Positions 16,508 through 25,265 of a DNA stretch of 37,410 nucleotides are shown here, piece after piece (within the stretch, counting starts at the first letter, position 1; the number at the start of each line of letters is the position of its first letter). A program made the position numbers and the translations under genes. The stretch comes from a virus. The notes beneath the pieces were generated by a model. It worked only from the letters and a program-made list of their open reading frames with translations. It made no database searches and was not told the DNA's origin. The stretch lies in the IMG/VR virus record IMGVR_UViG_3300000576_000001, positions 1 through 37,410 of that record; one strand, given 5' to 3'.

Positions 16508-19198
16508 ATGGCCGAACTTGAGCGCGAACGCCAAAGAGCGGCAGAACGGCTAGAGCGTCTTCGATTGGATCAAAGGCTGGAACGTGCGCGCAGTGGCGAG
16601 CCGCCTCAGGAACGCCCCCGCATGGAGATGTTCGATCAGGGCCGCGACCAATTGCGCGATGCGACGCAAGGGCAAGAGGTTGGCGGCACCTTGCCCTTCA
16701 TCAACCAAGGTATTGCGACCTTGGGCGGCGCCCCCGTCGACGCATACAACATGCTGATGCGCGGCCTTGGCGGTTATGAGGTTTCGGGCGGATCGGAAAC
16801 GATCACGTCGGGCATGCAAGGGCTCGGCATCGGCGTTGCAGAGCCGGGCCAGCAGCCGCAGTCGGCAGGCGAATATGTCGGACGCGGCGTTGGTGAGGCG
16901 GCAGGCATGCTGATCCCTGGCGGCGCGATCGCGCGGGGCATGCAGGGCGCGCGAGGCGCAATGACATCCGGCATTGGCCAATCGATCATGGCCCCATTCA
17001 CCCAAGCGCCCGTCAGAGCTACAGCCACCGAATTGTCGGCTGGTGCGGGCGCCGGTCTCGGCGGCATGGTTGCGGAAGGCCAAGACCCGGAAAACCCGGC
17101 GTCTCGTGTGATTGGTGAGTTGATCGGCGGCATCGCGGGCGGCCTTGGCCCGAGCGCCGCTGTGCGGGGCGGTAGGGCGATTGCCGAACGCGCACCGATT
17201 ACCGGGCAAGCGATCCGCGCCATCCGTGGCGCGATTGTGCCGTTTACCGAAAGCGGTGCGCGCGTAAGGGCATCCAATCGAATCCGTGGCCTTGCTGCCG
17301 ATCCTGAACGTGCCGCGCAGCGCATGACGGAGGACAACGTTGGTGCTTTGTCGCCGTCGCAACAGAGCGGCGAAGAACGGCTGATGGCGCTTGAGCAAGC
17401 CGTTCGCGACACCGACGCCACGATCGATGAACAGTTCAAGCGGCAGACCTCGGAAAGCGTCCGGCGCCTCACAGATGAATTACGCGCACCGGCCAGGGGC
17501 GCGACACCGGACGACACGCGCGCCTTTATTGGGCAGCGGCTAAACTATCTGACTGACCTCATGCAAACCCGCATGGCGCAGGCTGGTGAGCGTGCGCAGG
17601 AACGGATTTCCGCGCTTGAGCCGCAGCGCCGGGGGGCTGAAAGCGCCGCCATCGTGCGCGATGAAATCGAGTCCGCGCACGCTGCTGCCAGGGCGCAGGA
17701 ACGCCAGATATGGCAGTCTATTCCGCCAGAGGCCGAGGCGCCTACGGAAGCCACCAGACGCGCGTATCAGGACCTTACGGAAAGGCTCGGCCAGGCGCAA
17801 AGAAGGAATATCCCTGATGTTGCGCGCGAGCTTCTGAGCGGCGAAAGCAATCGCGCACTGCGAGACACAGAGAGCGTCAAGGAACTTCGCGGGCTTTATA
17901 CGGAACTTGGAGAAATTGGCGCTGAAGCAAGGGCGGCGCCCGGCGGCGGCACTAAGGTGCATGCCGTCGACACGCTGCGCGATGCCATATTGGAAGACTT
18001 GGATAACGCCGTCGCCAATGGCGAACAAGTCAACCAGCTTCTTACTGATGCGCGGGCATTTTCTCGTCAGGTCAACGAACGTTTTCGGCGCGGTGAAGTT
18101 GGCCGAATCCTTCGTTCCGACAGGCAGGGCGGCCCATCTGTAGGAAGAACCGAAACGCTTGAGGGGCTGACGCGCACCGGACCCGGCGCGGCTGTGCGTG
18201 ACGAGGAAATAGCCGCAGCGGTTGAAGGCTCCGAAGACGCAGCCGCCGCAACACGCGATTTCTTGCGGGCGCGCTTTCGCGATGCAACGGTTAGGGATGG
18301 CGAATTCAGCCCGCAACGGGCGGAAACCTTCGTCCGCTCCAATGCCGACTTGCTGGAACGCTACCCGGACCTTCGCGACCAGATGCGCGATGCCGAACAG
18401 GCCCAACGGTTGGCGCGCAGTGTGCGCGATAGGGCGGAAAGCCGTTTGAGGCGCATTCAGGACCCGGCGCAATCACGGGCAGCGGAATTCCTTGGCGCAC
18501 CGATGGAGAGGGAATTTGAAACGCTTCTCAGGCCGGGCCAACGCGACCCGCGCAAGATGGCGCAAGAGCTACGCCGGCAGGTCCAGAAAGACGATACTGG
18601 CCAAGCTTTGCGTGGTCTTCAGGGCGGTTTTCTTGATTACCTAGCGCGCGGTGCGGCGGGCCGGAATGTTGATGACGAAGGGCGCGCTGTGCTGTCCGGC
18701 CGGGTTCTGCGCAACATGCTTCAGGACCGGCGTACGCGGGCCGTGGCTACCGAACTTTTCAGCAACGACCAGCTAAAGCGGATCGAGCGCGTTGCAGAGG
18801 CATTCCGGAATGTCGAGACGGCGACGGGGCGGCTTCCAAGTGTTGGCGATATCATGGATGACACACCAAACAGCGTTATCAGTCTGGCAGCGCGGACGCT
18901 GGCCGCACGGTCAGGCGCGCGCATGGGTCAGGGCGCAAGCGGGGCATCCCTGCTAACAGCCAACTTCGCATCCCAGCGTATGCGGCAGTTTTTGAACAGC
19001 CTGACGAACGACAAGGCCGAAGCGCTGATCCGCGACGCCATCACCGGCAATCGTGCGCTGTACCGCGATCTGCTGCGGGGCGTTGACACGAAGCAGGATG
19101 CGCGACAGGTCGAACGCCGGTTGCTCGAATGGCTTGAAGGCTATGCCGGAACGCAGATCGGCGCAGCAATGGAAGAGGACGACCGCAATGCCCCGTAA
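16508..19198 (+). CDS. Large internal virion / ejection protein (896 aa)
   Basis: Size, A/R/E-rich helical composition and position after the SLT protein, as with T7 gp15/16-like cores. Confidence 0.6.
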   Translation: MAELERERQRAAERLERLRLDQRLERARSGEPPQERPRMEMFDQGRDQLRDATQGQEVGGTLPFINQGIATLGGAPVDAYNMLMRGLGGYEVSGGSETITSGMQGLGIGVAEPGQQPQSAGEYVGRGVGEAAGMLIPGGAIARGMQGARGAMTSGIGQSIMAPFTQAPVRATATELSAGAGAGLGGMVAEGQDPENPASRVIGELIGGIAGGLGPSAAVRGGRAIAERAPITGQAIRAIRGAIVPFTESGARVRASNRIRGLAADPERAAQRMTEDNVGALSPSQQSGEERLMALEQAVRDTDATIDEQFKRQTSESVRRLTDELRAPARGATPDDTRAFIGQRLNYLTDLMQTRMAQAGERAQERISALEPQRRGAESAAIVRDEIESAHAAARAQERQIWQSIPPEAEAPTEATRRAYQDLTERLGQAQRRNIPDVARELLSGESNRALRDTESVKELRGLYTELGEIGAEARAAPGGGTKVHAVDTLRDAILEDLDNAVANGEQVNQLLTDARAFSRQVNERFRRGEVGRILRSDRQGGPSVGRTETLEGLTRTGPGAAVRDEEIAAAVEGSEDAAAATRDFLRARFRDATVRDGEFSPQRAETFVRSNADLLERYPDLRDQMRDAEQAQRLARSVRDRAESRLRRIQDPAQSRAAEFLGAPMEREFETLLRPGQRDPRKMAQELRRQVQKDDTGQALRGLQGGFLDYLARGAAGRNVDDEGRAVLSGRVLRNMLQDRRTRAVATELFSNDQLKRIERVAEAFRNVETATGRLPSVGDIMDDTPNSVISLAARTLAARSGARMGQGASGASLLTANFASQRMRQFLNSLTNDKAEALIRDAITGNRALYRDLLRGVDTKQDARQVERRLLEWLEGYAGTQIGAAMEEDDRNAP

Positions 19199-20294
19199 CG
19201 GCTCCGGCATATTCAACCGCATCTACAACTGGCAGCAGGACGCGGCCAACGGCATTCGCATCCGCGCCGACCGCATGGATGCGGAAATGGACGGCATGGC
19301 AACGGCGCTGTCACAGTCGATCGCGGTCGATGGCCAGACGGCGATAACGCAAGACTTGCCGATGACGACGCGCAAGCATCTGAATGTCGGTAACGCGGAC
19401 CAGCGCAATCAGTACGGGGCGGTTGGCCAGATCCAGGACGGCGCGTTCGCATGGGGCGGCACCGACACCGGGGCGGCGGATGCGTACGAGATCAGCACGA
19501 CGCCAGCGACCACGGCGCTTACAGCGGGACAGCAGTTCCGCTTCATCGTAGGGGCGGGTAACACCAATACCGGGGCCTCGACGCTGGCGGTTAATGGCCT
19601 GACGGCGACAGCCATAACGGGCGCTGACGGGAGCGCGCTGCCCGCAAGTGTCATTAACGCAGGCGATAGTTGCTCAGTTTTGTACGACGGAACGAATTTC
19701 GTTCTGCAATCATTTTCGTTCGGGCAAGGCGGAGGGCAGGTGCCCGATATCGGAGTTGGATCACAAGGCGAACACGACTCCCCCGAAGGCGTCGCAAAAC
19801 TGGCGCGGCTGGATCGGCTGTTCAACGCGGGGTGGCTCGGCAACGTCCGGGTGCTTAGGGTTTTTTCGGAATATGACGGCACAACGCACACCACGACAAC
19901 TACAACAGCTTTTGGGTCTGCTGGATCAGAAACGAGTAATATAACGCCGTTGTCGGACACATCGAATTTGCTTTTGATTGCTGACGCAGCCGTGGAAGGG
20001 AGCGGGACCGTTTCGGGCCAGATCCGGGCGAAGCTGCACTATTTTGACGGTAGCGCTTATCAGGAAATACCAAATGTCACGGATATTTTTTCGGGAATAG
20101 CCCTTTCGGGAACTGGCGCGACGGCTGTTACGGCGAGGGGCTCAATTACCAGCACTGCAATATTGACGCCAACACAGAGACGGTCGGATTCCGGAAACTG
20201 GCGCGTTAGATGGCAGTATAACGTAGCGAACGGCTCACAGACCGGAATGCGTGAAGGCACGTTTACGCTAATTGAGTTTGAGGATGCATTATGA
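19188..20294 (+). CDS. Tail fibre / receptor-binding protein
   Basis: N-terminus MPRNGSGIFNRIYNWQQDAANGIRIRADRMDAEMDGMATALSQS is a common tail-fibre anchor motif. The C-terminal part is visibly AT-richer. Confidence 0.7.
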   Translation: MPRNGSGIFNRIYNWQQDAANGIRIRADRMDAEMDGMATALSQSIAVDGQTAITQDLPMTTRKHLNVGNADQRNQYGAVGQIQDGAFAWGGTDTGAADAYEISTTPATTALTAGQQFRFIVGAGNTNTGASTLAVNGLTATAITGADGSALPASVINAGDSCSVLYDGTNFVLQSFSFGQGGGQVPDIGVGSQGEHDSPEGVAKLARLDRLFNAGWLGNVRVLRVFSEYDGTTHTTTTTTAFGSAGSETSNITPLSDTSNLLLIADAAVEGSGTVSGQIRAKLHYFDGSAYQEIPNVTDIFSGIALSGTGATAVTARGSITSTAILTPTQRRSDSGNWRVRWQYNVANGSQTGMREGTFTLIEFEDAL

Positions 20295-20800
20295 AAATAA
20301 CCGGGGAAATAGCTAGAAAACTGCGGCCTGATGTGAAGTCCGTTAGCATATCGCCGTCCGGCGATCTGGTTAATTGGCCGGATAATGTGCCGAAGCCGAC
20401 CCAAGATGAAATTGACAAGGCGATTGCCGAAATCGATCTAGACCACGCCCGCACCGCCGCGATCGAGCGCATCGAGGCCGGGTACCGGCAGGCCCTGCGG
20501 TCCTTCGACCACGCCGACACAGCCTGGGACGCCAGCGACGACAGTGCCACGGTGCTACGCGACCTTCTCAACCGCCTCGCCAACGGTCGGGGTTTGCCGC
20601 GCGGCAAGGACACTGTGACGCTACGGGACACAACCGGAGCGGCCCACGAAATGACGGCGGATCAAGTGATTGATCTTGGCGAGGCGGGGTCCGATCACCG
20701 CGACGAATGCTTGGAAATCAGACTTGACTTGCTGGACCAAGTACGCTCCGAAGGCTCAGTGGAAGCGATTGAAGCGATTGACTGGCCTTCGTTGGATTAG
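20291..20800 (+). CDS. Tail-fibre-associated protein (DUF4376-like / assembly chaperone candidate)
   Basis: ATGA overlap with the fibre gene. Position and an acidic helical C-terminus support the call. Confidence 0.4.
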   Translation: MKITGEIARKLRPDVKSVSISPSGDLVNWPDNVPKPTQDEIDKAIAEIDLDHARTAAIERIEAGYRQALRSFDHADTAWDASDDSATVLRDLLNRLANGRGLPRGKDTVTLRDTTGAAHEMTADQVIDLGEAGSDHRDECLEIRLDLLDQVRSEGSVEAIEAIDWPSLD

Positions 20801-20852
20801 CCAAAAGGTTGTGATAAACTGCGTCAAACTAGCTAGATGTGGTGGGGCGTAG

Positions 20853-21143
20853 ATGTCAAGTTGGAGGGAAATGAATGTCAACGCTGGATTTCTCGTCGCA
20901 ATCATTGTCGGGGTCGTCGCCATTCTTAGTTTGGGCGAAGGGGTTCGGGCTTGGGTTGACAATAGGATTGGCCGTGCTGTTGATCCAGTTTTAGCCCGGA
21001 TCGATGCAATAGAGACCCGACTTGCCAGCGACGACGGCCGACGCAATCAGCAGTACGGCCAATTGCGGCAGGACATCTGCCTATTGACCGAAACGGTTGG
21101 CGGTCAATGCGCCCCTGGCGTCTCGCCAAGTGACGCGCCGTGA
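20853..21143 (+). CDS. Small membrane protein (holin or antiholin candidate)
   Basis: One TM segment, FLVAIIVGVVAILSLG. First gene of the lysis cluster. Confidence 0.5.
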   Translation: MSSWREMNVNAGFLVAIIVGVVAILSLGEGVRAWVDNRIGRAVDPVLARIDAIETRLASDDGRRNQQYGQLRQDICLLTETVGGQCAPGVSPSDAP

Positions 21144-21361
21144 CGTGGGGCAACGGTCGAGGCCGCGTCATCCGGGCTTGGATTGCGACGCTGGTCCCGG
21201 TCATTGTGTTGGCGTTGGCGGGCTTGTGGTATGGCTTGGAGACGTATTTCCAAGCAAAGCAAAACGCTCGGGACATCGAGCGACTGCAAACACAGACGAC
21301 GATCAATCGGGATCTGATCTGGCAACGTACCGGCGTTCCGGGCATGCAAGGGGGCGAGTGA
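21140..21361 (+). CDS. Small membrane protein (holin candidate)
   Basis: GTGA overlap with the upstream gene. TM segment IATLVPVIVLALAGLWYGL. TGATG overlap with the endolysin. Confidence 0.5.
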   Translation: MTWGNGRGRVIRAWIATLVPVIVLALAGLWYGLETYFQAKQNARDIERLQTQTTINRDLIWQRTGVPGMQGGE

Positions 21362-21981
21362 TGGCGGAATCGAGTTGGCCGAAATCCTTTGAATGGGTAG
21401 TCGAGCATGAGGGCGGCTATGTCGACCACCCAGACGACCCTGGCGGCGCGACCAACCTTGGCATAACCATTGGCACGCTGTCCGCGCACCTTCGCCGCAA
21501 AGCGACCAAAGCCGAAGTTCGGGCGCTCACTAAAGATGATGTTGAGCCGATCTATCGTAAGCGCTACTGGAATATGATCCGTGGCGACGACCTCCCGCCC
21601 GGCGTTGATCATGCCGCCTTTGACTATGCCGTCAACTCTGGCCCGGCGCGATCCGCCAAGGCGCTGCAAGGCGTGGTTGGCGTCGAGCAGGACGGCATCA
21701 TCGGTCCGGTGACGATGGACGCCGTTCGCAAGCTCGGCGTGCGCACCGTCATTGATGGCTTGCAAGACGAGCGGCTGCGGTTTCTCAAGCGCCTGTCGAC
21801 GTGGCCGACCTTTGGGCGCGGCTGGAAAAAGCGGGTCGACCGTGTTCGGGACGAGGCCAAGTCCTTAATCGGAAAGAAGGGCGACGGCGCGCCTATCCGC
21901 GACGACGACATTTCCAAAGAGCCGCCGATGGGCTGGCTCGAACGTTTGGTCGACACCGTCCTGTCAATCTTTCGGAGGTAG
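21361..21981 (+). CDS. Endolysin, GH108 lysozyme domain plus PG_binding_3 domain
   Basis: FEWVVEHEGGYVDHPDDPGGATNLGIT is the GH108 signature. C-terminal region GVVGVEQDGIIGPVTMDAV ... FGRGWKKR. Confidence 0.85.
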   Translation: MAESSWPKSFEWVVEHEGGYVDHPDDPGGATNLGITIGTLSAHLRRKATKAEVRALTKDDVEPIYRKRYWNMIRGDDLPPGVDHAAFDYAVNSGPARSAKALQGVVGVEQDGIIGPVTMDAVRKLGVRTVIDGLQDERLRFLKRLSTWPTFGRGWKKRVDRVRDEAKSLIGKKGDGAPIRDDDISKEPPMGWLERLVDTVLSIFRR

Positions 21982-21983
21982 CC

Positions 21984-22196
21984 ATGCCCCGCGCACGCCA
22001 GACATCATCCGCCCCGACGCGCAAGTTGACCGCCGCAACCCTTGGGGCTGCCTTTGTCGAGGTCGCGCGTGTGACGACCGAAAATCTCGCGCCTGATTGG
22101 TCGGACGCCACGATGTGGCACGCTGTATTGCCGGTCGTGGTCTTTGTGTGCGGCTATCTGGTCAAAGACAACGCCAATATTCCGGAGGATCGGTAA
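21984..22196 (+). CDS. Small membrane protein (third holin-like protein)
   Basis: ATG lies 3 nt after the endolysin stop. TM segment WHAVLPVVVFVCGYLV. Confidence 0.5.
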   Translation: MPRARQTSSAPTRKLTAATLGAAFVEVARVTTENLAPDWSDATMWHAVLPVVVFVCGYLVKDNANIPEDR

Positions 22197-22441
22197 TGTT
22201 TACCGAGGGCGCACTGATCGAAATGGCGATCAAGGTGATCGGCGGCGGCTTGGCGGCCATCGTCGCGGTCGTCGGGCTGTGGTGGGGTGGCAAGCGATCC
22301 GGCCGCAAGCAACGTCAACAGGAGATTGACCGTGATCGATACGAAGCAACTGAACGCGCGCGCGACGTGGAGGCAGATGTTAGCCGTCGCGGCCCTGACG
22401 CTGCCCGTGACAGCCTGCGCAGGCGTATCGAGTACGACTGA
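22196..22441 (+). CDS. i-spanin (Rz-like)
   Basis: N-terminal TM segment VIGGGLAAIVAVVGLWWGG followed by a charged coiled region. Its ATG overlaps the upstream TAA stop by one base (TAATG). Confidence 0.7.
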   Translation: MFTEGALIEMAIKVIGGGLAAIVAVVGLWWGGKRSGRKQRQQEIDRDRYEATERARDVEADVSRRGPDAARDSLRRRIEYD

Positions 22442-22547
22442 CTGCCACCCGCTAAACCCGCCGCCGGTCACGCTTGAAGACGTAAGCGCGATCAGCGACG
22501 GGATGGCGGTATGGCTGGAGAGTGCGCATCAGATTTGCGGGTGGTGA
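22377..22547 (+). CDS. o-spanin (Rz1-like lipoprotein), overlapping the i-spanin 3' end in another frame
   Basis: GGAGG Shine-Dalgarno. MLAVAALTLPVTAC carries a lipobox (VTAC). The mature part is Pro-rich. Confidence 0.7.
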   Translation: MLAVAALTLPVTACAGVSSTTDCHPLNPPPVTLEDVSAISDGMAVWLESAHQICGW

Positions 22548-22870
22548 CGTCGCAAGTCCTTAATGCTTCCCGTGGGGCTCATTTTGCTGAGCGCAATCAC
22601 GACGGATGCACGCGACACGCCCGCCCTGATCGCTATCTGCCCGGTTGTTAGCCCGCGCTTGTAGTCAGCCATCCACTTTTCATGGCGTGTTTTGGATGCC
22701 TTTGGTTTTTTGCGATGACTAAGGTCGCCGTCGCCGTATGCCCGCCACATGCCGCCGATGGCGCCCTTCGATAACCCGGTATCGCGCGCCACTCGGGCGA
22801 ATGAATGCCCGGCCCGTATGCGGCCCAAGACGGTGGATCGCAAATCCTCGGGATGCGACGGCCTACCCAT
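22529..22870 (-). CDS. Double-HTH DNA-binding protein, last gene of the leftward early operon
   Basis: HTH-like segments FARVARDTGLSKGAIGGMW and TGQIAIRAGVSRASVVIAL. Its 3' end is convergent with, and overlaps, the o-spanin. Confidence 0.6.
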   Translation of the reverse strand: MGRPSHPEDLRSTVLGRIRAGHSFARVARDTGLSKGAIGGMWRAYGDGDLSHRKKPKASKTRHEKWMADYKRGLTTGQIAIRAGVSRASVVIALSKMSPTGSIKDLRRHHPQI

Positions 22871-23132
22871 TGGCGGGATCCGGTTTGTCGATCAGGGCAA
22901 GGATTTCATCACTCATTTCTGTCCGCTCGGGGCTCGGTGAATGCAGTACCGCGCCATGCTTGCCGGTCACGACACGCAATGCCGCCTCTCGCAAAGCCTT
23001 GGCCCGCGCCTCGTCGCGCTCTTTCGTCAGGCGCTCGATGGTGTCGGCGGCTTCGTGCAGCCATGCCAGCACGGGATACCTTGCGTCTGTATGACATACG
23101 CCGCGCAGCTTCTTGATAAGGTCGTCATTCAT
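22863..23132 (-). CDS. Hypothetical protein (89 aa)
   Basis: ATGA overlap with the upstream gene. The start is an internal ATG of track ORF 22863..23336. Confidence 0.5.
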   Translation of the reverse strand: MNDDLIKKLRGVCHTDARYPVLAWLHEAADTIERLTKERDEARAKALREAALRVVTGKHGAVLHSPSPERTEMSDEILALIDKPDPANG

Positions 23133-23440
23133 CGCTGCCCTCCATGCCGTTCCGGGTGGCCTACTCTGGCAAGATATCTTGAGCCAAGGCTCGACCAGTC
23201 GAAGTCGTCTTTGAAGCCGCCGCAATGGTGCGTTGCCCGCGTCATGACATGCCCTGCACTCGGCGGCATGGAGCAATTCTGGATGCCCAACGCCTCCATG
23301 CGTTCTTCTGCCGACACGGGCGGCGATGCGCGGCACTCGCCAACGTGCGAATTATATGCGCTCCACCAGTCGCACCCGGCGCAGCATGGGCCGTTCTGTG
23401 CATAAAGGCGGTCGTGGCGTTCTTGAATGTCATCACCCAT
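23129..23440 (-). CDS. Cys-rich hypothetical protein (103 aa)
   Basis: AAGGAG Shine-Dalgarno. CCAGCDWW ... GEC ... HHCGG pattern. Confidence 0.5.
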   Translation of the reverse strand: MGDDIQERHDRLYAQNGPCCAGCDWWSAYNSHVGECRASPPVSAEERMEALGIQNCSMPPSAGHVMTRATHHCGGFKDDFDWSSLGSRYLARVGHPERHGGQR

Positions 23441-23442
23441 CG

Positions 23443-23916
23443 TCACTCCTTCCGCGCCGGGGCGCGTATTTCCCGCGCCGCGTGCATCAGCCAATTATAT
23501 GTTGAGCACCCCTTGCTCGGCGTTTCGTGCCCCATGGGTAGCGCTTGGGCTTTGGCCTCCAAGTGCGCGACCACCACCGCGATGGCGGCGTCTGCGGCCA
23601 CGTCGACATCCCCTCGGGAGCCCCCATTGCGCAGCACTTGGGTGATGATCTCCGCCACAGCCTCCCGCAGATCGCCTGAACTGTCCGGCTTTTCCGGAGT
23701 GTTGGTAGCGCGCAGATAATCAAGGGCGACCTCCAAGGCGTGCATCTCGTCAGAAGGCACGATCCAGCTTTTCTCGCCGCTGCTGTCCTCTATACCGACC
23801 TCTCGCCCGTTCCGTGCCGTGTATGTCGACATCTTGCTATCGATTACAGCCTGCGCGGCGCGGGAAACCTCCGCCTTGGCCGCCTCCTGGATCTTCGTCA
23901 TGTCGTCATTTGCCAT
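23443..23916 (-). CDS. Hypothetical protein (157 aa)
   Basis: GGGAGG Shine-Dalgarno. No motif. Confidence 0.55.
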   Translation of the reverse strand: MANDDMTKIQEAAKAEVSRAAQAVIDSKMSTYTARNGREVGIEDSSGEKSWIVPSDEMHALEVALDYLRATNTPEKPDSSGDLREAVAEIITQVLRNGGSRGDVDVAADAAIAVVVAHLEAKAQALPMGHETPSKGCSTYNWLMHAAREIRAPARKE

Positions 23917-24091
23917 TTTCGTCGCCTCCCTTTATCCCGCGCTCCAAATCATTGAGCCGCTTCTCAAGCGACTGCTCAATTGCCTTTCGCCAAGCCCTGC
24001 TGGCGACAACATATCCGAAGCCGAATGCGGATATGTGCGTAGCCAAGAGGCCAGATAGCGCCCCAATCGCCCCCAGCATTTCGTTATCCAT
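23906..24091 (-). CDS. Small membrane protein (61 aa)
   Basis: GGGAGG Shine-Dalgarno. TM segment LGAIGALSGLLATHISAFGFGYVV. Confidence 0.5.
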   Translation of the reverse strand: MDNEMLGAIGALSGLLATHISAFGFGYVVASRAWRKAIEQSLEKRLNDLERGIKGGDENGK

Positions 24092-24476
24092 CACCACCTC
24101 CCTTCAATACAACACGGGCTTGATCAACGATTTTTGCGGATTGAGGCGCTACTCTTGTCCAGTCCGACACGCCAAACGCAACTGCTGTGGATTCTGCATC
24201 GTTTTCGATGTGCGTTACTGTGGACTCCAAAGCCGCCCGCAACCGCACAACCTCAGCCTCAGCCTTTTTCGCCCGCTGGTAATTGCGCTGCGAAGTCTCG
24301 GCCCACTCGGCGCAGGCAGCCTCAGCGGTGCGGGCGATAGCCTTTTCGATTTCGGCAGCCTCTTTTAGCCGCTCAATTTCCCTGGCTGCATCCGCACCAT
24401 CTGGATTGATCGAGACCCACCGCCCGGTAACGTCTTTGCGCATTTCGGTCAGGCGGGACTTTATATCTTCGGTCAT
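24084..24476 (-). CDS. Coiled-coil hypothetical protein (130 aa)
   Basis: ATGA overlap with the Lar-like gene. GGAGGG Shine-Dalgarno. Confidence 0.5.
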   Translation of the reverse strand: MTEDIKSRLTEMRKDVTGRWVSINPDGADAAREIERLKEAAEIEKAIARTAEAACAEWAETSQRNYQRAKKAEAEVVRLRAALESTVTHIENDAESTAVAFGVSDWTRVAPQSAKIVDQARVVLKGGGDG

Positions 24477-24889
24477 AGCCTCGACCCTCCGCCAGATAGC
24501 CATTTCATAAAGCCATCTTTGATTTCCTCCAGCTTCGCGATCGCCTCAACCATCTGCCTGCACACGACATGCGTCTCAGGATCGCCGCCCGCGTGCTTGA
24601 CCGCCACGCCCAGAGCCCTGCGGCCTTCTTTGAGTGCCGATAGGGCTTCGTCGGCCGCGTCGGCGCGACTATTCCATCTTGCCGTCAGCGTCGGCTCGTC
24701 GGAGCCATGCATGACGTACTCGCAGGTGACGCACTCGATATGCACGCTGCCCGGATGGTCCGGCATGTGCCCGGCTAGTGTCGTGTGGGTGTGCGGCGCG
24801 ATGTAGAGCATGCCGACATCGCCGCCGCAGAAAGGGCAAGGCTTGAGCGGCTGGCTGGCCTTGATTTCTTGTGGGTCGTAGCCGGTCAT
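24473..24889 (-). CDS. lar: Lar-family restriction alleviation protein with C-terminal extension
   Basis: LKPCPFCGG ... CVTC ... ARWNSRA matches the Lar zinc-ribbon signature (KPCPFCGG, CxxC, WNxRA). About 60 extra C-terminal residues follow. Confidence 0.7.
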   Translation of the reverse strand: MTGYDPQEIKASQPLKPCPFCGGDVGMLYIAPHTHTTLAGHMPDHPGSVHIECVTCEYVMHGSDEPTLTARWNSRADAADEALSALKEGRRALGVAVKHAGGDPETHVVCRQMVEAIAKLEEIKDGFMKWLSGGGSRL

Positions 24890-24993
24890 ACCTGGCCCCT
24901 TTTCAGCTTCTCGATGGCTGCTCGGGCACGGTTGCCATAGTCGCCACCATCGCCTTGCAACCATATGCGTCGCGGCGGAAATTCGTTCGTCAT
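24886..24993 (-). CDS. 35-aa micro-ORF translationally coupled on both sides
   Basis: Starts in an ATGA overlap with the upstream stop and ends in an ATGA overlap with the lar start. Product: MTNEFPPRRIWLQGDGGDYGNRARAAIEKLKRGQV. Confidence 0.4.
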   Translation of the reverse strand: MTNEFPPRRIWLQGDGGDYGNRARAAIEKLKRGQV

Positions 24994-25178
24994 TCGTCGC
25001 CTCCCTTTTTTAGCGCACTCCGGGCGCGCATATATGCTCGAAATTCATCTTGGTTTTCCCACACAAGGACCCACTTGCCGTCTCTCCACTCTTTGCGAGT
25101 TTTCACGACCACGGACTCAAAGGCTTCATCTATCGCCTTGACGCTTTTGCTCCGGCTGTCCTTTTGATCGTCATCCAT
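24990..25178 (-). CDS. Hypothetical protein (62 aa; alternative start 25190)
   Basis: GGAGGG lies upstream of ATG 25178. First gene after the internal terminator and operator. Confidence 0.5.
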   Translation of the reverse strand: MDDDQKDSRSKSVKAIDEAFESVVVKTRKEWRDGKWVLVWENQDEFRAYMRARSALKKGGDE

Positions 25179-25205
25179 TTCGCCCTCCATTGTTGCCCCA
25201 TAACC

Positions 25206-25220
25206 TTGACACACCGTCAA
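25206..25220. promoter_or_regulatory. Operator-like palindrome TTGACACACCGTCAA (TTGAC-N5-GTCAA)
   Basis: Perfect half-sites. Identical 15-mer at 34764-34778. Same half-sites and spacing as the palindrome at 28427-28441. Confidence 0.5.
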
Positions 25221-25232
25221 TGCCTACGCAAG

Positions 25233-25265
25233 CAAAAACCCCGGCCAAATGAATGACCGGGGCTT
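25233..25265 (-). terminator. Intrinsic terminator on the minus strand (GCCCCGG-loop-CCGGGGU plus U5)
   Basis: Hairpin arms at 25239-25244 and 25257-25262. The A5 run on the plus strand (25234-25238) gives a U-tract on the minus-strand transcript. Confidence 0.55.

Noticed and set aside
19188-20800. A diversity-generating retroelement near the tail fibre, as in BPP-1-like podoviruses
   Set aside because: There is no reverse transcriptase ORF in the genome, and no template/variable repeat pair is visible near the fibre 3' end.
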